From Candidatus Dormibacteria bacterium (GTDB taxonomy: Bacteria > Chloroflexota > Dormibacteria > DASZGP01): 50,046 nucleotides of DNA. A program made the position numbers and the translations under genes. Below, piece by piece: positions 39,495 through 50,046 of the stretch. Under the pieces are notes generated by a model that made no database searches, was not told the DNA's origin, and worked only from the letters and a program-made list of their open reading frames with translations. Numbering within the stretch: position 1 is the stretch's first letter; each line of letters opens with the position of its first letter. The stretch covers positions 1 through 50,046 of the forward strand of contig JBHEMP010000083.1 of NCBI GenBank assembly GCA_046262515.1, written 5' to 3'.

Positions 39495-40648
39495 TCGCCG
39501 CGCTGGTCCCGGCGATCAACCCCGCGGACAATCCGCTCTCCGCCGAGTTCTACCGCCTCCTGGCCCAGAACCTCGGCCCGGCGCTGCTGCCGCTGCTGAC
39601 GGGGATGGCGGTCACCGTGGCCCTCGTGCTGCCGGCGCGGTGGCTGTCATTCCGCGTGGGAGCGGTCTCCCACCCGGGCGGCCGCAATATCCACACACAA
39701 CCCACGGGCCGGCTCGGGGGGATCGCGCTTGCGGCCGGCTTCCTGGTTTCCGCGCTGCTGTACGCGACCCGCCAGCCCGGCTCGCGGACCGTCGTCACGA
39801 CCGTCGTGGCTGCGGGGATCGCGGTCATCCTGGCCTACACCTACGACGACCTGCGGCCTATGCGCGCCCGGACGCAGCTGGCCGTCTCGGCGGCGGTCGC
39901 GGTGGCGGTGGTGGCGATGGGGGTCTCGATCCAGAACGTCGGCCTGGGCCGGGGCGCCCCGATCCACCTCGGGATCCTGGCGATTCCGATCTCCATCTTC
40001 TGGCTGATGGGCATGCAGAACACGATGAACCTGATGGACGGCGTCGACGGCCTGGCGGCGGGGGTGGCGGCGATAGTGGCGGCCGCGCTGCTGCTGGCGG
40101 CAGTGAATCGACTCGGGGATCACCCGGAGGGCAGGACGGTGATCGTCCTCAGCGCGGCCCTCGTCGGGGCGTGCGTGGGCTTCCTGTTCTTCAATTTCCA
40201 CCCCGCGCGCATCTTCATGGGGGCGGGGGCCCACTTTTTGGGAGTCACCCTTGGGATAATCAGCATCCTCGGAGTCGCCAAGGGTGCCGTCGTCTTCGCG
40301 CTCGTGGTTCCCGTGATGGCCCTGCTGATTCCAATCGTGGACACCGCATGGGCGATCATCCGGCGGCGTCGACAGCTGGTTTCGATCGGCCACCCGGACA
40401 ACGAGCACATTCACCACCAGCTGCTGGACTTCGGGCTCAGCCAGCGTCAGACCTGTCTTGTCTTCTACTTCGGGACCGGGATCACCGCGTCCCTGGGGCT
40501 GATGCTCTTCGGCCATCGCAAGATCCTGGGGGTGGCGGTCGTGCTGTTGGTGGTGGCCCTGTCCACGTTGCTCGGTGAGCGGCTCAACGAGATCGAGGTG
40601 GGTCAAGGCGCCGAAGGCTCGCCGACCACGGCTTTGCTAGAATCGTGA
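39491..40648 (+). CDS. GT4 polyprenyl-phosphate N-acetylhexosamine-1-phosphate transferase (WecA/Rfe/TagO-like)
   Basis: MraY/WecA family motifs NTMNLMDGVDGLAAG and FFNFHPARIFMG, with about 10 TM segments. It holds the same position as rfe upstream of the atp operon in actinobacteria. Confidence 0.88.
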   Translation: MIAALVPAINPADNPLSAEFYRLLAQNLGPALLPLLTGMAVTVALVLPARWLSFRVGAVSHPGGRNIHTQPTGRLGGIALAAGFLVSALLYATRQPGSRTVVTTVVAAGIAVILAYTYDDLRPMRARTQLAVSAAVAVAVVAMGVSIQNVGLGRGAPIHLGILAIPISIFWLMGMQNTMNLMDGVDGLAAGVAAIVAAALLLAAVNRLGDHPEGRTVIVLSAALVGACVGFLFFNFHPARIFMGAGAHFLGVTLGIISILGVAKGAVVFALVVPVMALLIPIVDTAWAIIRRRRQLVSIGHPDNEHIHHQLLDFGLSQRQTCLVFYFGTGITASLGLMLFGHRKILGVAVVLLVVALSTLLGERLNEIEVGQGAEGSPTTALLES

Positions 40649-40667
40649 TCGCCGCGGGAGTTCGGAG

Positions 40668-40907
40668 ATGAGCGTCTGGCGGTCGTTAGCAAGCATTTCC
40701 GGAGTTGCTTTCCAGGTGTTTGCGGCGGTCGGGATATGCATCCTGTTGGGCTGGGGAGTCCAGAAGCTGGCCCCCGGTACTGCGCCCTTCGGGATCCTGG
40801 TCGGCGCGGCCATCGGGTTCGCAGCGGCGATCTACGTGATGGTCGTGGGGATGCGGGCGTACGTTCGAGGAGAGGAGTCCGGAACCGGCACCAAGAGAGA
40901 GGAGTAG
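40668..40907 (+). CDS. AtpZ/AtpI-like small membrane protein
   Basis: 79 aa with two TM helices, immediately upstream of atpB. Confidence 0.6.
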   Translation: MSVWRSLASISGVAFQVFAAVGICILLGWGVQKLAPGTAPFGILVGAAIGFAAAIYVMVVGMRAYVRGEESGTGTKREE

Positions 40908-40910
40908 AGC

Positions 40911-42016
<1,106 letters not shown>

Positions 42017-42034
42017 GAGGGAGACCACCCTACC

Positions 42035-42541
42035 GTGCAGGTCTTCTTCGACAGCTTCGGCATAAACGTCCTCAGCCTCATCTGGTACCTGCTGCTCTTC
42101 GGGGCGGTGCTGTACCTGCTGCGGCGATTTGCCTTCGGCCCGGTCGTCGGCATGATCGACGCGCGCCAGGCCGAGGTCAACCGGTCCCTGGACGAGGCGC
42201 AGGAGGCGCTCGCCTCGGTGAAGGCCAACCGTGAGAAGGCGGAGAAGATCCTCTGGGAGGCCGGGCAGGAGGCCCAGGAAATCGTGCGCCGCGCCGAGCG
42301 CGTCGCCAACGACATCCAGGTCGACGCCCGCCGCGAGGCCAAGGTCCAGCAGGACGTCATGATCGCCAAGGCGCGCACCGAGATCCAGCAGGAGCGCAGC
42401 CAGGCGGTGGCGGAGATCAAGGCCCAGGTCGTGGACCTGGCCCTGGTCGCGGCCGGCGCCGTGCTCAGCGAGAACCTCGACGCGGCGAAGAACCGGCAGC
42501 TCGCCGAGCAGACCATCCAGCAGGCTGACCTGCGCGCATGA
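42035..42541 (+). CDS. atpF: F0F1 ATP synthase subunit b
   Basis: N-terminal TM helix followed by a long charged helix, in operon position. Confidence 0.85.
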   Translation: MQVFFDSFGINVLSLIWYLLLFGAVLYLLRRFAFGPVVGMIDARQAEVNRSLDEAQEALASVKANREKAEKILWEAGQEAQEIVRRAERVANDIQVDARREAKVQQDVMIAKARTEIQQERSQAVAEIKAQVVDLALVAAGAVLSENLDAAKNRQLAEQTIQQADLRA

Positions 42542-43080
42542 GCCGGGACTCCGGGGGATCAGCCCAGCGCTATGCCCAGGCTGCCTTCGAGGTGGCCCGG
42601 GAGAAGGGTGACATCAAGGGTTGGAGCAAGGACCTCGACCAGCTCGAGGTGATCTTGACCCATCCCGAGGTGGCGCAGGCGCTGGAGAACCCCCGGCTGG
42701 ACACCACCCAGCGCATCGGCCTGGTCCTGGGCCTGGCGCCCAAAGACCTTGGACCGGAGCGCGCCAATTTCCTCAAGCTGCTGGTGCTGGGGCACCGCAC
42801 CAGCCTGGTCACCGAGATTCGCGAGGCCTTCCAGGCCATGGTCGATGAGGCCGAGGGCCGGACCGAACTGGACCTCACGGTCGCGGCCGGGCTGAGCAGT
42901 GCTGAGGAGAATGCCCTGACCAAAGAGCTGGCCAAAAAGCTTGGTCGCGAGGTCAAGGTCAACGTGACCGTCGACCCCGGGATCATCGGCGGCCTGGTCA
43001 TCAGGCAGGGCGACCACGTTACCGACGGGAGTGTCAGGCGTCGCCTGGCGGAGATGCGCGAGGAGCTGCTGGCCGGCTGA
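42538..43080 (+). CDS. atpH: F0F1 ATP synthase subunit delta (OSCP)
   Basis: YAQAAFEVA at the N-terminus and IGGLVIRQGDHVTDGSVRRRL at the C-terminus. ATGA overlap with atpF. Confidence 0.85.
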   Translation: MSRDSGGSAQRYAQAAFEVAREKGDIKGWSKDLDQLEVILTHPEVAQALENPRLDTTQRIGLVLGLAPKDLGPERANFLKLLVLGHRTSLVTEIREAFQAMVDEAEGRTELDLTVAAGLSSAEENALTKELAKKLGREVKVNVTVDPGIIGGLVIRQGDHVTDGSVRRRLAEMREELLAG

Positions 43081-43113
43081 GGCCGACCACACCACTAAAA
43101 CACCAGGAGAGAC

Positions 43114-47233
<4,120 letters not shown>

Positions 47234-47237
47234 CAAG

Positions 47238-47705
47238 CTGTCCCAGAAATTCCCCGTCAGCGTCCTGACCGCCGAGGGCGAACTCCTTGCCGCGGAAGCC
47301 GAGATGGTCGTCATCCCGGCCGCCGATGGTGAGATCGGCATTCTCGACCGTCACGTCCCCCTGCTCGCGGTCCTGAAGCCCGGCCCGCTGCGCGTCGTCA
47401 ACGGCGCCGACGAGCAGGTCTTCTTCGTCAGCGGTGGTTTCGTGGACGTCGGTCGAGATGAGAAGGACGCGACCGTGGTGACGGTGCTCGCGGACTCCGG
47501 TGAGCACGCCGCCGACATCGATGAGGCGCAGGCCGAGGAGGCACGCCGGGAGGCGGAGCGGCACCTGGAGCAGCGTCGGGGGACCGAGGATTTCGCCGAT
47601 GCCGCCGCTCACCTGGAGCGATCGGTCGCCCGCATCAGGGTCGCTGAGCTGGGGCGCCGGCGCCGCTCCACACGGGAGCGACGGCCCACCCAGAACCAGC
47701 AGTAG
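47238..47705 (+). CDS. atpC: F0F1 ATP synthase subunit epsilon (probable non-canonical CTG start)
   Basis: VSVLTAEGELLAAEAEMVVIPAADGEIGILDRHVPLL aligns to the epsilon N-terminal beta sandwich. The first ATG (47304) would delete about 22 conserved residues. The frame opens after TGA 47217-47219 and has no ATG, GTG or TTG before 47304. Confidence 0.8.
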   Translation: MSQKFPVSVLTAEGELLAAEAEMVVIPAADGEIGILDRHVPLLAVLKPGPLRVVNGADEQVFFVSGGFVDVGRDEKDATVVTVLADSGEHAADIDEAQAEEARREAERHLEQRRGTEDFADAAAHLERSVARIRVAELGRRRRSTRERRPTQNQQ

Positions 47706-47742
47706 CGTGGCCGTGAGCTCGGGGGTCACCCCGGCGCCGCTC

Positions 47743-49032
47743 ATGCGCATCGAGGGCGGGCACCCGCTCAAGGGCGAGGTCCGAACCGCCGGGAGCAAGA
47801 ATGCCGCCCTGGCGCTCATGGCCGCATCTTTGCTGACGCGCGAACGCTGCCGCCTGGAAAACGTCCCCCACCTGGCCGATGTCGAGACCAGCATCGGCAT
47901 CCTCGAGGACCTTGGTGTGCGCTGCGACCGCGAGGAGTGGGAGGTCACGCTTGACGCCTCTGGCGAAATATCGAGCGCCGTCACGCCCGAGCGCGCCCGG
48001 CGGATGCGGGCTTCGATCCTCTTCATGGGGCCACTGCTCGCGCGCACGGGCCGCGCGGTGGTGCCCAAGCCGGGTGGTGACGACATTGGCATGCGCCGCG
48101 TCGAGCAGCACGTCTACGGGTTACTGCAGCTTGGCGCCACCGTCGAGGATGCCGACGACGCCTTCATCTGCCGCGCCGACAGGCTACGCGGCGCCGAGGT
48201 CGTCCTCGACATGCCCACGGTCACCGGCACCGAGAACATCCTGATGGCGGCCGCCGTGGCGGATGGCCACACGACCATCCTCAACGCGGCCAGGGAGCCG
48301 CACGTCGCCGACCTGGCCCAGGCGCTGCGCTCGATGGGGGCGCAGATAAGGGGGGGCGGCACCGACCGCATAGAGGTCGACGGTGTGGAGAGCCTGGGTG
48401 CCCTGGACCACCGTGTCGCGCCCGACTACCTCGAGGCGGGGACCTATGCCCTCGCCGCGGCGGCGACGGGGGGGGACGTCTACATCACCGATGCGCCGGT
48501 GGCGGACCTGACCACCCTGGTGCTGAAGCTACGCCACGCGGGGGTGACCGTGGAGCAGGGGGAGACCTGGCTGCGAGTGGTCCGTGATGGGCCCATCCTG
48601 CCGGTGGACCTGATCACCTGGACCTACCCGGGTTTCGCCACCGACCTCCAGCCGCAGTACACCGCCCTGATGACCCAGGCCTCGGGCAGCACCGTGGTGC
48701 AGGAGTTCATCTTTGAGAACCGCTTCACGTACATCCAGGAACTTGTCCGGATGGGTGCCGCCATCGAGGTTGGACAGCACGGGCGGAGCATCCGCATCGA
48801 CGGTCCGAGTGTCTTACGGGGGGCTGAGCTGACGATTCCCGACATCCGCTCGGGCGCCGCGCTTCTGATCGGGGCGTTGTGCGCCGACGGGGTGAGCGTG
48901 CTTCATGGCATCGACCACCTGCACCGGGGCTACGAAGACCTTGCAGGTAAGCTCTCCGTACTGGGCTGCCGGGTACAGGAGCAGCGGGAAGAGGGCCCGC
49001 CTCCGCTCGCCCAGGTCACCGTCACGGAGTAA
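47743..49032 (+). CDS. murA: UDP-N-acetylglucosamine 1-carboxyvinyltransferase
   Basis: MRIEGGHPLKGEVRTAGSKNAAL at the N-terminus. The active-site loop PGGDDIGMRRV has Asp where E. coli has Cys115. Confidence 0.92.
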   Translation: MRIEGGHPLKGEVRTAGSKNAALALMAASLLTRERCRLENVPHLADVETSIGILEDLGVRCDREEWEVTLDASGEISSAVTPERARRMRASILFMGPLLARTGRAVVPKPGGDDIGMRRVEQHVYGLLQLGATVEDADDAFICRADRLRGAEVVLDMPTVTGTENILMAAAVADGHTTILNAAREPHVADLAQALRSMGAQIRGGGTDRIEVDGVESLGALDHRVAPDYLEAGTYALAAAATGGDVYITDAPVADLTTLVLKLRHAGVTVEQGETWLRVVRDGPILPVDLITWTYPGFATDLQPQYTALMTQASGSTVVQEFIFENRFTYIQELVRMGAAIEVGQHGRSIRIDGPSVLRGAELTIPDIRSGAALLIGALCADGVSVLHGIDHLHRGYEDLAGKLSVLGCRVQEQREEGPPPLAQVTVTE

Positions 49033-49036
49033 CCGC

Positions 49037-50044
49037 TTGCTTTCCAAGAAGATCGGCATCGACCTCGGCACGTCCACCGTGCTGGTCTACGTCAAGGGGG
49101 AGGGGATTGTCCTCAACGAACCCTCGGTCGTGGCCACCAACGAGAAGGGCGACCGCATCCTCGCCGTGGGTAAGGAGGCTGCAGAGATGCTCGGGCGGAC
49201 GCCCGGCAACATCCAGGCCATACGCCCAATGCGCGAGGGGGTCATTGCCGACTTCGTGGTCACCGAGGGGATGCTGCACCATTTCATCACCAAGGTTTGC
49301 GGGCGGCAGAGGATCTTCAAGCCCGACATCATGATCTGCGTCCCCTCCGGCGTGACCGGGGTGGAGCGCCGCGCCGTCGTCGAGGCCGCGGTCCAGGCCG
49401 GCGCGAAGACCGCCTATTTGATCGACGAGCCGCTCGCGGCCGCGATCGGCGCCAACCTGCCGATCAGCACGCCGTCGGGAAACATGATCTGCGACATCGG
49501 CGGCGGCACCAGCGAGATCGCGGTGATCTCGCTCGGCGGCATGGTGGTGGCCAACTCCATCCGCGTCGGCGGCAACAAGTTCGACGACGCCATCGCCAAC
49601 CACGTCAAGAAGCGGCACAACCTGATGATCGGCGAGCGCACGGCGGAGGAGATCAAGATCCAGATCGGCTCGGCCATCCCCCTCCAGGAGGAGCTCGAAA
49701 TGTCGGTGCGCGGGCGGGACATGGTGGCGGGGCTGCCCAAGAACCAGGTCATCACCAGCCAGGAGATCACCGAGGCCGTCCAGGACCAGCTCGCCGCGAT
49801 CGTGCAGGGCCTCCGGGTGGTGCTGGAACAGACTCCACCTGAGCTTTCCGCGGACATCTACGACAAGGGCATCGTGCTCTCGGGGGGCGGCGCACTGCTC
49901 CGCAACATCGACCGCTACGTCGCCGCCCAGACGGGCGTCCCCGCGATCATTGCCGAGGATCCCCAGACCTGCGTGGCTACCGGAACCGGCCTGGCGCTGG
50001 AGAACCTGGACGTCCTCAAGAGGAACCTGCTCTACATCAAGTGA
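49037..50044 (+). CDS. mreB: rod shape-determining protein MreB
   Basis: IGIDLGTSTVLVYVKGEGIVLNEPSVVA, DIGGGTSEIAV and VLSGGGALLRNID. TTG start 4 nt after the murA stop. Confidence 0.92.
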   Translation: MLSKKIGIDLGTSTVLVYVKGEGIVLNEPSVVATNEKGDRILAVGKEAAEMLGRTPGNIQAIRPMREGVIADFVVTEGMLHHFITKVCGRQRIFKPDIMICVPSGVTGVERRAVVEAAVQAGAKTAYLIDEPLAAAIGANLPISTPSGNMICDIGGGTSEIAVISLGGMVVANSIRVGGNKFDDAIANHVKKRHNLMIGERTAEEIKIQIGSAIPLQEELEMSVRGRDMVAGLPKNQVITSQEITEAVQDQLAAIVQGLRVVLEQTPPELSADIYDKGIVLSGGGALLRNIDRYVAAQTGVPAIIAEDPQTCVATGTGLALENLDVLKRNLLYIK

Positions 50045-50046
50045 CC

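Overview
High-GC bacterial chromosomal window with no rRNA, tRNA, CRISPR array, transposase, integrase or phage gene detected. The right half (about 25.9-50 kb) is one long co-directional plus-strand housekeeping array: yerC-like, GNAT, HtrA-like, argS, MBL hydrolase, pyrG, glpX, radical SAM, M50 peptidase, rpmE, DUF1385, prfA, prmC, tsaC, dCMP deaminase, WecA-like GT4, atpZ-B-E-F-H-A-G-D-C, murA, mreB. Many junctions in it are 4-nt ATGA/GTGA/TTGA overlaps. The order rpmE-prfA-prmC-tsaC-wecA-atp operon-murA, the F420-type LLM oxidoreductase, Glf, and Asp in place of the MurA Cys point to an actinobacterium-like or related Terrabacteria lineage (inference). The left half (1-25.9 kb) is accessory. 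It holds a galactofuranose-related glycan cluster (GH2, GT, glf, AKR, GH1-like), a REC-PAS-GGDEF-EAL protein, an ABC-2 exporter, redox enzymes (Zn-ADH, FAD dehydrogenase, LLM, P450, ALDH), PPK2, a ferritin-like DUF892 protein, and decayed gene fragments. I see no known defence or mobile system. The best candidate for something undescribed is a small helical domain (LPxE-x12-W..Y..L...R.[DE][FY]W) in four copies. One replaces the receiver domain of an OmpR-type winged-helix regulator, one is a decayed copy just downstream of it, and two form a coupled tandem pair with their own leader mini-ORF. Other notable items are a 209-nt imperfect palindromic element between the P450 and PPK2 genes, a catalytically dead HtrA-like protease coupled to argS, a 79-aa repetitive C-terminal tail on AtpA, and an atpC with no canonical start codon. 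All family assignments rest on motifs read by eye from the ORF translations; no database search was run.
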